Positions 1 to 12,216 of a DNA stretch of 64,000 bases are shown in pieces. How positions within the stretch are numbered: position 1 is the stretch's first letter; each line of letters opens with the position of its first letter. The stretch lies in the NCBI GenBank assembly GCA_951406725.2, contig OX597814.1:434001-498000 (forward strand). The letters are read 5' to 3'. Below the pieces are notes generated by a model. It had not been told where the DNA came from. It saw nothing but the letters and a program-made list of their open reading frames with translations, and did no database searches. The DNA is from Octopus vulgaris (taxonomy: Eukaryota). A program made the position numbers and the translations under genes.

Positions 1-353
1 GCCTTTAGTCGAGCAAATCGACCCCGGGACTTATTCTTTGTAAGCCCAGTACTTATTCTATCGGTGTCTTTTTGCCGAACCGCTAGGTGACGGGGACGTA
101 AACACACTAGCATCGGTTGTCAAGCAATGCTAGGGGGACAAACAGAGACACACAAACACACACACACACACATACATATATACATATATACGACAGGCTT
201 CTTTCAGTTTCCGTCTACCAAATCCACTCACAAGGCATTGGTCGGCCTGGGGCTATAGCAGAAGACACTTGCCCAAGGTGCCATGCAGTGGGACTGAACC
301 CGGAACCATGTGGTTGGGAAGCAAGCTACTTACCACACAGCCACTCCTGCGCC
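1..353 (-). mobile_element. SINE family A (tRNA-like head, internal TA/TG microsatellite, CR1-group-type tail), cut by window edge
   Basis: Minus strand reads ggcgcaggagtggctgtgtggtaag...ccgggttcagtccc (A/B-box-like), then accttgggcaagtgtc. Near-identical copies at 32587, 36596 and 52829. Confidence 0.85.
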
Positions 354-449
354 TATCTGTGTATTTACCTATTATATCTGTGTATGTATGAATACTTACA
401 TATGTATATATATATACATACATATATACGACGACGATGTACATTGAAG

Positions 450-640
450 GTGGAGGCGCAACGGCCCAGTGGTTAGGATAGCGGACTCGTGGTCGTAGGA
501 TCGCGGTTTCGATTCCCAGACTGGGCGTTGTGAGTGTTTATTGTGCGAAAAAGATTTATAGCGAACCCTGTCGTACTCCATCACCACAACCTTCTCTCTT
601 TCTTCCTATTTCTGTTGTACCTGTCTTTCAAAGGGCCTGC
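450..640 (+). mobile_element. SINE family D, 5' part (tRNA-derived head)
   Basis: gtggaggcgcaacggcccagtggttagg...ggtttcgattccc; matches the fuller copies at 51195-51506 and 53897-54190. Confidence 0.75.
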
Positions 641-1055
641 CCACAAGGGGCTAAACACAGAGGGGACAAACAAGGACAGACAAAGGGATTAAGTCGATGA
701 CATTCACCCCAGTACATAACTGGTACTTTATTTATCGACCCCGAAAGGATGAAAGGCAAAGTCAACCTTAGCGGAATTTGAACTCAGAATGTAAAGACAG
801 ACGAAATACCTATTTCTTTACTACCCACAAGGGGCTACACACAAGGGGCTACACACAGAAGGGACAAACAAGGACAGACAAACGGATCAAGTCGATTATA
901 TCGACCCCAGTGCGTAACTGGTACTTATTTAATCGACCCTGAAAGGATGAAAGGCAAAGTCGACCTCGGCGGAATTTGAACTCAGAACGTAGCGGCAGAC
1001 GAAATACTGCTCAGCATTTCGCCCTGCGTGCTAACGGTTCTGCCAGCTCATCGCC
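641..1055 (-). mobile_element. SINE family B, head-to-tail dimer
   Basis: Two copies of the core gagttcaaattccgccgaggtcgactttgcctttcatcctttc plus tail, joined at aaagaaata|ggtatttcgtc on the minus strand. Confidence 0.85.
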
Positions 1056-1090
1056 CTATTTTCTTCTCTTTTTTTTTCTTATCAGAATTT

Positions 1091-1361
1091 CATTGGGCTC
1101 ACTGTCCAAGGCTACGACACCACAGTGTGCGCTATGGCGACCAGAGCTCGCTCTGGGCGCCATTGGGCTCACTGTCCAAGGCTACGACACCACAGTGAGC
1201 GCTATGGTGACCAGAGCTCGCTCTGAGCGCCATTGGGATCACTGTCCAAGGCTACGACACCTGAGTGAGCGTTATGGCGACCAGAGCTCGCTCTGGGCGC
1301 CATTGGGCTCACTGTCCAAGGCTACGACACCACAGTGAGCGCTATGGTGACCAGAGCTCGC
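1091..1361. repeat. 70-bp tandem repeat, about 3.9 units, two hairpins per unit
   Basis: Units start at 1091, 1161, 1231 and 1301 (cattgggctcactgtccaaggctacgacac...). Confidence 0.95.
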
Positions 1362-3086
1362 AAAAACACCATCCTGCTTCGGCACATTCATGAGCTTCTG
1401 TGTCAGTGCTGGGAAGAGGGTACAGTCCCTCAGGATATGCGGAATGCTAACATCATTACTCTTTACAAAAATAAAAGTGACCGTGGTGATTGTAACAATT
1501 ACCGTGGAATATCTCTTCTAAGCACTGTTGGAAAGGCCTCTGCTCGCATTATCCTGTCCAGGCTGCAACTAATTGCTTCTCGAATTTATCCAGAATCGCA
1601 GTGTGGCTTTAGAAGAAGCAGATCAACTATTGACATGATATTCTCCATACGCTAACCCCAGGAGAAGTCCAGAGAGCAGAAAATGCCATTATATATGGCC
1701 TTCATTGATCTGACAAAGGGCTTTGACTTGGTAAGTAGAACAGGCCTCTTCATCCTGCTCCAAAAAATCGGATGTCCACCAAAGCTGCTGAGGATCATCA
1801 GATCTTTCCATGATGATATGCAAGGCACCATACAGCACAATGGTTCAACATCAGCCGCCTTCAAATAAAAAATGGGGTAGAGCAAGGTTGTGTCCTTGCT
1901 CCTACATTATTTGGCATCTTCTTCTCGCTGCTGCTGTCACATGCCTTTGAGACATCAGATGATGGAGTGTTTCTGCACAGTAGATGTGATGGGAAACTGT
2001 TCAATCTCTCGCGTCTGCGTGCCAAGACCAAAATCAGAAGCGTCCTGATCAAGGAGATGCTATTTGCTGATGATGCCGCTCTGATATCACACACAGAAGA
2101 AGCCCTACGAAGGCTCATCAACTGTTTTGAGCAAGCATTTGGCAACTTTGGCTTAGTTATCAGCCTCAAGAAGACCAACATCATGGGTCAGGCTGCATCG
2201 GACATCCCAAACATACATATTGGAAACCACAGAGTATAGGAGGTGGAGAAGTTTACCTATCTTGGCTCTACCGTCACCTACAACCTATCCCTTGATGCTG
2301 AGCTCAATATACGCATTGGCAAGGCAGCTGCTGTGATGGCCCAACTCACCAAACGCGCATGGGACAACAATAAGCTGACCAAGACCACAAAAATGAAGAT
2401 TTACCAGGCATGTGTACTTAGCACTCTACTGTATGGAAGTGAGACTTTGACGCCATACACACGCCATACGACGCCATACGTCGCCTAAATATCTTTCACC
2501 TGCGCTGTCTCCGGAAAATCCATCGCATCAAATGGCAGAATCATGTCCCCAACAAAGATGTCCTCAAGCAAGCAGGAATACCAAGCATGTTTGCACTCCT
2601 CACACAAAGACGTATGAGATGGCTTGGACATGTTAGCCGTATGAAAGATGGCAGAATCCCCAAGGACATACTCAACGGAGAGCTTGCTAGGGGCACAAGG
2701 TCTGTGAGAAGACCGTTCTTACGATACAAGGATGTTTGCAAAAGGGACATGAATGCCTGCAACATCAATATTACCAACTGGGAAGCAGTTGCCAGCAACC
2801 GTGGAGATTGGCGACGTACCGTAAAAGAGGGAACACAAAGGAGTGACATAGAGAGAAAGGAGAAATGGAAAGACAAGAAAAGACGTCAACAAGAAACTAT
2901 GACATTACAACCAGCCAGGCAAAGTCTTCGCTACATTTACGGCACCTGCCAGAGGGAGTGTTTGTCCAGGATAGAACTACACAGCCACAGCAGGAGATGT
3001 ATTAGGACATGAAATGTAAAAGCCGGACTAGATTATTTTATGCGCAACTCCATTGTCCCCCGAGACAAAAAGGATGCCAACAACAA
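1362..3086 (+). mobile_element. 5'-truncated RTE-clade (BovB-like) LINE with RT pseudogene
   Basis: Motifs CWEEGTVPQDMR, NYRGISLLSTVGK, ESQCGFR, FIDLTKGFDLV, LFADDAAL, LLYGSET, WLGHVSRM with stops and a frameshift. ORF ends at 3012 and a (CAA)n tail follows at about 3077-3086. Confidence 0.95.
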
Positions 3087-3374
3087 TATATATGGATTTC
3101 GCAGACAGAAACTGTAACAAATCAATCGTATATATATGTATATATGTAAGTGTATGTGTGTGTCTTTGTCTCTGTGTTTCGCCCTCATCACTGCTTCACA
3201 ACTGCTGTTCATTTATTTACATCCACATAACTTACTGGTTTCACAAGAACAAACTAATAGAATAAGTACTAGGCTTATCAACATAAAAAAGCACTAGGCT
3301 GTGTCTCATATTTTTGTTTGCCCACTCAGTTGTATCTATCAATTTATCTTTGTATGTGTGCATGTGTGTATGTA

Positions 3375-4695
3375 TCTATATATATATATATAAAACACCC
3401 TAATGGGAGCCTTAAATCCCAAATTTTAGTAATTTCTTTTATGATCCAAAACTAGGTTAAAAGTACTGAATGGATCTTTATGAAATTTGGAAATTATATT
3501 CTATGCATAAGGGCCATAACCCCCATGACAATTCATATATTTTTGCTGTTGATGAAATTTTAACCATAGACATTAGACATAAATGAAGTAATATCTATAA
3601 AATTTCATCTTCTTACAAAGTTAGAAAGACCCCTCCATGGGGACTTAACACCCACAATTTTGTCATTTTACCTAAGCAAAAACAAATACAGTTGTGCTCT
3701 TGGAAGCTGTAGGGTTACCCGAGTATAAAAGATGAGCATTATTTGTAATTCAATGGGACAACAGTGTAACAGTTTGCTTTGACATACACTTACATTGTGA
3801 TTTCTGCAATGTGGTGCATAAATTGTCAAGTAAATGAGAGGCATCTTTGGCTCCACTGATTCAGTTGCAAAGTGTTGAGTAAAGTTATTTGATTGCAGAC
3901 CTCCTTTCAGTCTTTTTATTATCACTCGGTCACACATAGTCCCCAGATGGTAATATTGATTTCAAGGCCTTCCCAGATGAGTGACTGGTTATTCAAAGAC
4001 ATTTATAGATTTTAAATTTATTCTGTCCAGTTACGTATCAGTATAGTGGTCATTTGCAAACTCCAGAGGTGACACTTTCATTTCTCCTTAGACTTCACGT
4101 CAAACAGTTGTTAATGTTTATTTCAGTTGGGTCACGCCCTTCCAATTGCTATAGATCCGTAATGCATCTTACGGCTGTGCCTGTCACCTGGATGGTGAGG
4201 AATCCTACATTGGGAGTGGTAACTGACTGCTTATTGTGATCATTCGTCTTTTGGTTTCCTGTAGCTTTGCTCTCTTTTACAAACCCAGTGAACATATATT
4301 TCCTATTTCAAAGAAATTCAAACAATAGATATAAGACCCAAGTTAAAAAGATTTTCAACAATTCAACTTCTCTGGTTGACATTAAGATGCCCACCCCCAA
4401 CAGGGGCCTTAACTCTCACATTTTAGAGCTCCATGACCTTCATTTTTCAGGAACAAAATCTTTTTAACAAGTTAAATAAGACTGGAATTTTGGAATATGC
4501 GCATAAAAATCAGGATTATGGGATACATGTGGCACGATTACAATTTTTTTAGGGTGTGTAAAGATTGAAATAACCCTCATCTGCAATTTTGATGAAATTC
4601 GAAACATAGATATTCCAGTTCATCACAGAAGATATAACAGAAAAGTCTAATTCTCCAATTGAATGTAATCGGGCAACGCCGGGTATCTCTGCTTG
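3375..4695 (+). mobile_element. Non-autonomous Helitron-like element
   Basis: 5' A|TC(TA)nTAAAA start; 3' subterminal GC-rich hairpin-like cgggcaacgccggg followed by CTTG|T (CTAG variant). Same end signature as the other Helitrons here. Confidence 0.6.
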
Positions 4696-4760
4696 TTATA
4701 TATAAATATAAAAAAGTAAAAGATATGCAATAAATATGAATATGTATATAAAAGTAAAAA

Positions 4761-4819
<59 letters not shown>

Positions 4820-5099
4820 TTTCTTTTCTTTCTTTTATTCTTTTACTTGTTTCGACCCGAACACTTCTTTAAAGTAATTCTATATATTTCGCAAGAAAGA
4901 ACAATAATATTATGTATATACATGCCACCATCGGGGGGACAAACACTAACACACACACAGTTTCCGTCTACCAAATCCACTCACAAGGCTTTGGTTGGCC
5001 TGAGGCTATAGTAGAAGACCAAGGTGTCACGCAATGGAGCTGAACCCAGAACCATGTGGTTGGTAAGCAGGCTACTTACCACACAGCCACTCATGCATA

Positions 5100-5169
<70 letters not shown>

Positions 5170-5439
5170 TGTGTTTGTGTGTGTCTGTGTGTAGTTTGAC
5201 AAGTGTCAATGAACGAAACTCTTGCTCCTCGAGTCACTCTGTTGCTTCTGCTAAATATTAATAAACACATATATGACGAGCTTTTTCAGATTCCGTCAAC
5301 CAAATCTACTCACAAGGGTTTAGTCGACCCAGGGCTATAGTAGAAACACCCGCTCAAAGTGCCACGCAGCTGGACTGAACCCGGAACGGCTTACAACACA
5401 GTCACGCCTGCTTCTATTCACATATATACATGATATATA

Positions 5440-5666
5440 TTTCTTTTGCTACCCACAAGGGGCTAAACATAGAGGGGATAAACAAGGACAGACCAGCGGA
5501 TTAAGTCGATTACATCGACCCAGTGCGAAACTGGTACTTTATTTATCGACCCCGAGAGGATGAAAGGCAAAGTCGACCCCGGCGGAATTTGAACTCAGAA
5601 CGTAGCGGCAGACGAAATACTGCTAAGCATTTCGCCCGGCGTGCTAACGCTTCTGCCAACTCGCCG
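5440..5666 (-). mobile_element. SINE family B
   Basis: Full head, core and tail matching the copy at 31043-31273. Confidence 0.85.
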
Positions 5667-5736
5667 TCTCTTGCATATAAATCTATGTGCGTATATAGAC
5701 ACAGTTATACATACACATACCTAGTCATGGATGGCT

Positions 5737-6005
5737 ACACACACTAACACACACGTACACATACACATGCAAGTAGTCACACAAGTGTACACACAACCAC
5801 ACACATACGCACATACGCACACACACATATACACATACACACTCGCACGCACACACACACACACACACACACATACACACTCGCACGCACGCACACACAT
5901 ATACACTCGCACGCACGCACACACACAGACATACACACTCGCACGCACACACACACACACAGACATACACACTCGCACGCACGCACACACACACATACAC
6001 ACTCG

Positions 6006-6040
<35 letters not shown>

Positions 6041-6320
6041 GCACACACACACACACATACACACTCGCACGCACGCACACACATACACACTCGCACGCAC
6101 GCACACACACACACATACACACTCGCACGCACGCACACACACACACACACACACTCGCACGCACGCACACACATACACACTCGCACGCACGCACACACAC
6201 AGACATACACACTCGCACGCACACACACACACACACACAGACACACTCGCACGCACGCACACACATACACACTCGCACGCACGCACACACACACACATAC
6301 ACACTCGCACGCACGCACAT
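5737..6320. repeat. Compound (CA)n / CACTCGCACG minisatellite
   Basis: Directly visible; source of the CVCV/THTH ORFs. Confidence 0.95.
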
Positions 6321-6823
6321 AAACTCCTTTACTCTCACCCTTATTCTTCTAAGCAAACACACATCTACACACGCATAGAAAGGCATTCATGCACGCAGAC
6401 ATAAGATTAATTCGCGACCAAATTCAGGGCAGACGTTGAAGAGAAAGGACAAGCTATTGAAAAGGTCGCGAAAAATAGCGACGAACGGACTTTCACGAAG
6501 AAACAAAACTTTGATTGTTTATCCAGCACGTTAAACAAACGATCGATTACGAAGTTGGTCAGATGTGTAACCATATCGTTATTGGCATAATGACCCTCCC
6601 AAGAAGCAACAAGATGTGTGTGTGTATACATGTGTGAGTGTGTGTGCGTATATATGTATGTGTGTGTGTATATATGTATGTGTGTGTGTGTGTGGCAAAA
6701 ACAGACCGATAGAATAAGTACTAGGCTTACAAAGAATAATCCCTAGGGTCGATTTGCTCGACTAAAGGCAGTGCTCCAGCATGGCCAAAGTCAAATGAAT
6801 GTAGCAAATAAAAGAATAAAAGA

Positions 6824-6868
<45 letters not shown>

Positions 6869-7216
6869 CAACAATTGAGGGTAAAATTAATTAATTATTA
6901 ATCAATTTCACCAAGTGTTCAGTATGCAAAGGGACCATTTAAGGCGAATTCAAATTATTACATTATATAAAAGGGCTTAGTAAAATAAATTACTTTGCCG
7001 CATACTGAACTCATTAGAAATAGCAGCTAAAAAACTTTTTTAAAACTATTTCTAATACTTAAAGAAAATCTCTCTCATATAGTGTTTGCTCAACTCAACT
7101 CACGAAAGTTTGGGGGTAAAGACATCAAAAAATCAAATGCAAAGGTTATTTGAGAACGTACGTTTCAAGATTAGTCAACACGACACTTCTATCATCAGCT
7201 CAGAAACTCCCTTGGA

Positions 7217-7253
<37 letters not shown>

Positions 7254-7256
<3 letters not shown>

Positions 7257-9016
7257 TATTATAAAAGGCAGATTTTTCACTACATCTTCTCCTCCTTTGT
7301 CTTTGCAAGTTGGCAGCTATTAAAGTAAAACTCCCGATAAAGAAAACAATTTACTGTAACTTATAGAAATCTACAATATAGGATTTCTTCAATTACAATT
7401 TACCTAGCATTTTTAAGAGTAGAATGCATCGGGTCATGCCAGGTCCAGTTTTTAAAATTTAAACTCCAATTAAGCAAAATTTACAGAAAACTCACATTTT
7501 GGTGTGTATGTCAAATGCTTTTTTCTTAATGTGGTTTACACCACACGCACATAAAAGCGCTCTTGTTTCTTCACACACATTTAGGTAGTATGCATCGTGT
7601 GCAACGAATAAAATGAAAGTAAATAGCGACAGAGTGATTTGAGGAAGACTAAACTGAAAGTATTTAAACCACTACTCAAAAAATAAAAAAAACACAGCAA
7701 ACAGAAACAAATAAATACATAACGATTTACTCCTCACACAATTTCTTTAATTAGAGTTTACCTAAGATTTTTCAAAGTACTCCATTCGGTCATGCCATAA
7801 TATATTTCTTTCAATTTCACCCCAATTAAGACAAAATTCGAGAAAACTCAATATTTTAACATTTCACTCCGAAAACATTGATGTACATGTGTGCGTGCGT
7901 GCGTGAGTGTGTGTGTGTGTGTGTGTGTTTGATGGGTTGTGCGACACAGAAAGTGTGGTGTGTAAGTGAAGTGCTTTTGTTAGTGTGTGTAAAGAGACAG
8001 ACAGAGTGAAAGACAGAAATAACTGAACTTTTTTTATTCACTTTTTGTAGTGAGTGACTGAGAGAGAAAAGAGAGAGAGAGGTTATGTATGTATATATGT
8101 ATGTATGGCTTCAGTGACACACACACAAAAACACATACCTACGTACACCTAAAGCACGCACACACACACACACAAGCGGAGCGCGAACTTCAAAATTTTG
8201 GTAGTATTAATTTGCGAGCGTACTTCTAAGCGCGCGTAATTGAAAGTTTTCACTATGATATCATCACGTGCGAAAAAATTCGAAGGGTTTTGAACAATTG
8301 AGATACAGATGTCACGCCTGTATTGAATCCATTGCTAAGCTGCCGTAATTGCTTAATTAAGACTTTGTTTAAATTGAAAGGGGCAAATATGTGACGAGGT
8401 TGAAAAAAAATACCCCAGAAAAAAAAATGTACTGCTGGTATTTATATAATTCACTACTATTTTGCTACAATGTCATGAAAAAGAAAAAATTTAGGTATGT
8501 AAATCGAATTCGCCACCCCCTTTTCCCCGTTCGCGTTTGTGTAAAAAAAATTATTATTTAAGTTTTAAAAATTATTTACTTTGTTCAAAAAATATTAATA
8601 TTAATTAATTTTCAAGAATTATTTAATTTTATTCTGTAAAATAGTAATTAATTCATTTATCTGTAAATCCGCGAGGTTGTTACTCAGGCACCTAGAATGG
8701 TAACCTTCAACTAACACTATCTCCTCCGAGACCCTGCGGCGCAAGTTGACCAAAATTGAGAGTATGGTAGAAGAAGGGTTGCTCTTCTTTCCGTAGAACA
8801 TAAAATTCAAATCGGACCATGTTAACACCAAAAATTATTTACATCAAAAAGATGCTTTTTTCTATGAAAATCCCTATTTTTTACGATTTTTTCACTGCTA
8901 TGTCGCCACTTTTCGGTGTATTTCGACCAGAAAAATGTTCACAAAATTTTTACTTTTCAAAATTACAATTCCAGCGGGTCGAAACAAACCCGAGCAACGC
9001 CGGGCGATACTGCTAG
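7254..9016 (+). mobile_element. Non-autonomous Helitron (about 1.76 kb)
   Basis: A|TCttattataaaa 5' end; 3' hairpin cccgagcaacgccggg then CTAG|T. The last ~320 bp are shared with 54752-55139. Confidence 0.75.
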
Positions 9017-9624
9017 TATATATATATATATATAATTAGAAAAAACACCTTTTATCAATTCAAAATGAATAATTAAATTACACCATCTAGAAAATTACAT
9101 ATAATAGAAACATTAAATATAAAATAACAATAATATACCAATGATTAAGTAATGTGCAAAATAATAAATAAATTGTATATATCATGAAAGGTGTTTTTTT
9201 TCTAATTTATATTCTCTATATATAAAACTGAAATGCGTTTTTACCGCTTGGATCGCTTTCAACGCCACTACGTCCCGTCCGATTCGCTACGAAATTTACA
9301 GGGACATGTAGAATGAGGTGACGATGCTCGTGGGCTACCTTAGAAATCCCTATCTTAAAAGGTGTGGTTGCTAGGGGCCGTCTTCCTCACTCACGCTATT
9401 TCCTCCAGTACCCTCTCACTCCTCTTCATATGACAAGTCCACTCCCGTTATTTAATGTAAAGTCTTCCTCAAATCACTCTCTCGCTATTTACTCTCTTCC
9501 AAGAACATTTTCACTCACTCTATCTCTTAGCTTCCCATACATTTTACTTATGTATCTATCTGCGTTCATAGACAGGAACAAATATTACATCGCCATCGCC
9601 ATCGCATTCTATTATCTACCTGTC

Positions 9625-9664
<40 letters not shown>

Positions 9665-10326
9665 CATATATCTAATATTATATTTTTATTTTTATGTTTT
9701 TGTTTTTGGTTTTTTACTGTTTCATTTCCCTATTAGTGGTTTTATCTCTAATTTAATTTCTACAGCGTGCACACACACACACACACACACACACCTATAT
9801 GTGGCCCCCAGTAGACCCGAATGAAATCGGGTTCTCTTCATCAAAATGTGAAAAGGGGTCTAGAATTATCATCGCCACAACTTATGTATATGTCTTCCTC
9901 ACTCACTCACTCTTTTTCCTAATGATAATTATCATCGCCACCACCACCACCACCAACACACAATCATGACAATCTTTCTCTTAAAACAAATCATGTTTAC
10001 ATTGCAAAATATTTCATTTTCCCGTCCTCTCTTTCATATATCACCTTTTCTTTCTCGAGCTTTCTCTTTTTTCGCCGTCTCTATTTATTCTACAACGAGT
10101 CTATCAATGACAGCCGCAAAAGTTTCAATATTCCTACTTCACCTCTTTCAGAAACGCAACAGATATTTTTTTTTTTTGCCGAGGTTAAAGCCCACTACAT
10201 CCCGTCGGATTCACTCCAAAATTTACACCTTTTCTTTCTACCTCTAACTCCCCTTCAATTTCTCTTTATCTCCATTCATAAAGATAATTATCATCGCCAC
10301 CACCACCACCAACACACAATCTGGAC

Positions 10327-10503
10327 GAAACTTACTTGACTGTTCTATGGTCTATGACCAGAACTCGGGAAACTTGGTTAACTGTTCTATGGTCTGTGAC
10401 CAGAACTCGGGAAACTTGCTTGACTGTTCTATGGTCTATGACCAGAACTCGGGAAACTTGCTTGACTGTTCTATGGTCTATGACCAGAACTTGGGAAACT
10501 TGG
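10327..10503. repeat. 42-bp tandem repeat x4 with internal hairpin
   Basis: Unit cttgactgttctatggtctatgaccagaactcgggaaacttg; stem tggtc/gacca. Confidence 0.95.
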
Positions 10504-11197
10504 TTGAGTCCTCATCTTATAAAATGTGGCCCCAGTAGACCCAAATGAAATCGGGTTATATTAACCAAAATGTGAAAAGGGGTCTAAATGGGGCTGGAAG
10601 GGGATTAAAATTTAAAGGAGCGGGTGTTTAGCAATTCTCTGTTACATCAAGCTATAAATTTGCGCCAGCTTTTAATCGTCAATGTGTTGCCGTCCATGAT
10701 GAAGAAGTTTTGAATGCTTGCCATCGTGAGTCTACTGTCGTGAGAAAGAATAAATTCAAAACTTGGTTTTTAGGAATTTTCTTTTACATCAAGTTCAAAA
10801 TTTTACGCCAGCCGTTGAACTGTCAATACGTTGCTGTCCGTCGTTAAGAAATGCCAGCCATGGTGACTCTACTATCCTCAAATTCTATCCCATCAAACTT
10901 TGGTTTCCAATATTTTATTATTTTTATTCAGCTCGCAAGTTCGTCTGTCCCTTTTAAATGTTAGTGCTTTGCTGTCTGCCTTGAAGCAGACCTTTCCGTT
11001 GTTACTGCCTGATATTTATGATTGATCTTTCTAAATACTTTATTTCTCAACTTACTCAAGATCTTTTGTTGTTTATAAATGGGAGAGAGATACATAAAGA
11101 TAGAGAGTAAGAGAAAGCGAGGGAGAGTCCGAGAGAAAGGAAGAGTAAGAGAGTGGGAAAGTGAGAGAGAAAGGAGAGAGAAACAAAGAGGGAGAAT

Positions 11198-11510
11198 CAT
11201 CATCATCATCATCATCGTTTAACGTCCGTTTTCCGTCCTAGCACGGGTTGGACAGTTTGACAGGTGTCTGGGAAGCCAGGAGGCTGCACCAGGCTCCAGC
11301 CTGATCTGGCAGTGTTTCTACAGGTGGATGACCTTCCTAACGCCAACCACTCTGTGGGCGTAGTGGGTGCTTTTTTCGTGCCGCCGGCACAGGTGCCAGG
11401 GGGGCTGGCAGCGGCCACGATCGGTTGGTGCTTTTTACGTGCCACCAACACAGAAGCCAGTCAAGGCGGCGCTGCAATCCGCCACGTTCGGATGGTGCTT
11501 TTTACGTGCT
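11198..11510 (-). mobile_element. SINE family E with (GAT)n RTE-like tail
   Basis: Minus strand ends ccaacccgtgctaggacggaaaacggacgttaaacgatgatgat; related copies at 39200-39650 and 39755-40160. Confidence 0.75.
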
Positions 11511-11846
11511 GAAAGAAGCAACAGAAAGTAACAACCACACTCTTACCCGCGCGTAGAGCGGGTCACCTTCAGCTAGTATATATATATATATATATATATA
11601 TTCAGTCAAACTAATGCACCTGCTTGTTATTCCTGCACCTGTCTTCGTCTTTTGTTGTTTTCTGTAAATATATCCTTTTATATATCTGTGCTGCAAAATT
11701 CTTGATGTGAAACCGTGCGTTGAAACAGATATTGTTGTATTTCGAGATAGTTATTTTTTTTCCTCTTTTTGCCAAATAAACAGGCGCACTATATAATTCC
11801 CTTTTCACTCATTTGTTACTGTTCTTATTCTAATTTATGTTTATCT

Positions 11847-11888
11847 TCCGGAAATCTTTCGTCACAACTCTGTGAACTCTTCAGCGAC
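11847..11888 (-). ncRNA. Degenerate minimal type I hammerhead ribozyme motif
   Basis: Minus strand gtcg CTGAAGA gttcac-agagtt-gtgac GAAA gatt TC cg. Confidence 0.5.
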
Positions 11889-12120
11889 ACTTTCCGTCTT
11901 CGTGTGTACTCTTGCTCCGCTTTTATACATATACACACACACGCGAGTAAATATACGGTTAAAACCCTTGTGGTATGCTATATAAAGCTCGTATAAAGTC
12001 TTACTCAAAGGTGCATTTCACACCTTGAATTGGTGATAATGATTACACAACATCTCACCAATGAACAAGTGTAAAAATGTGTCGAAACAATTGTAATGTT
12101 TATAGATAATGTCATATATA

Positions 12121-12164
<44 letters not shown>

Positions 12165-12216
12165 AGCATGCATGTATGCATGTATGTATGTATGTATGTA
12201 TGTATATACTTACATA

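Larger units (their letters stand above)
9213..11576 (+). mobile_element. Non-autonomous Helitron (about 2.36 kb) with internal repeats and a nested SINE
   Basis: 5' TCtctatatataaaa; 3' hairpin acccgc-gcgtaga-gcgggt then CTAG|T at 11573-11577. Confidence 0.7.

Noticed and set aside
1091-1361. CRISPR-like appearance of the 70-bp and 42-bp (10327-10503) hairpin repeats
   Set aside because: Units are contiguous with no unique spacers, there are no cas genes, and the context is eukaryotic.
5721-6386. Long ORFs rich in CV/TH/YI/II/ER (also near 19.7, 27.7, 35.7, 43.3, 50.5, 51.6 and 63.0 kb)
   Set aside because: They are translations of stop-free microsatellites, not genes.
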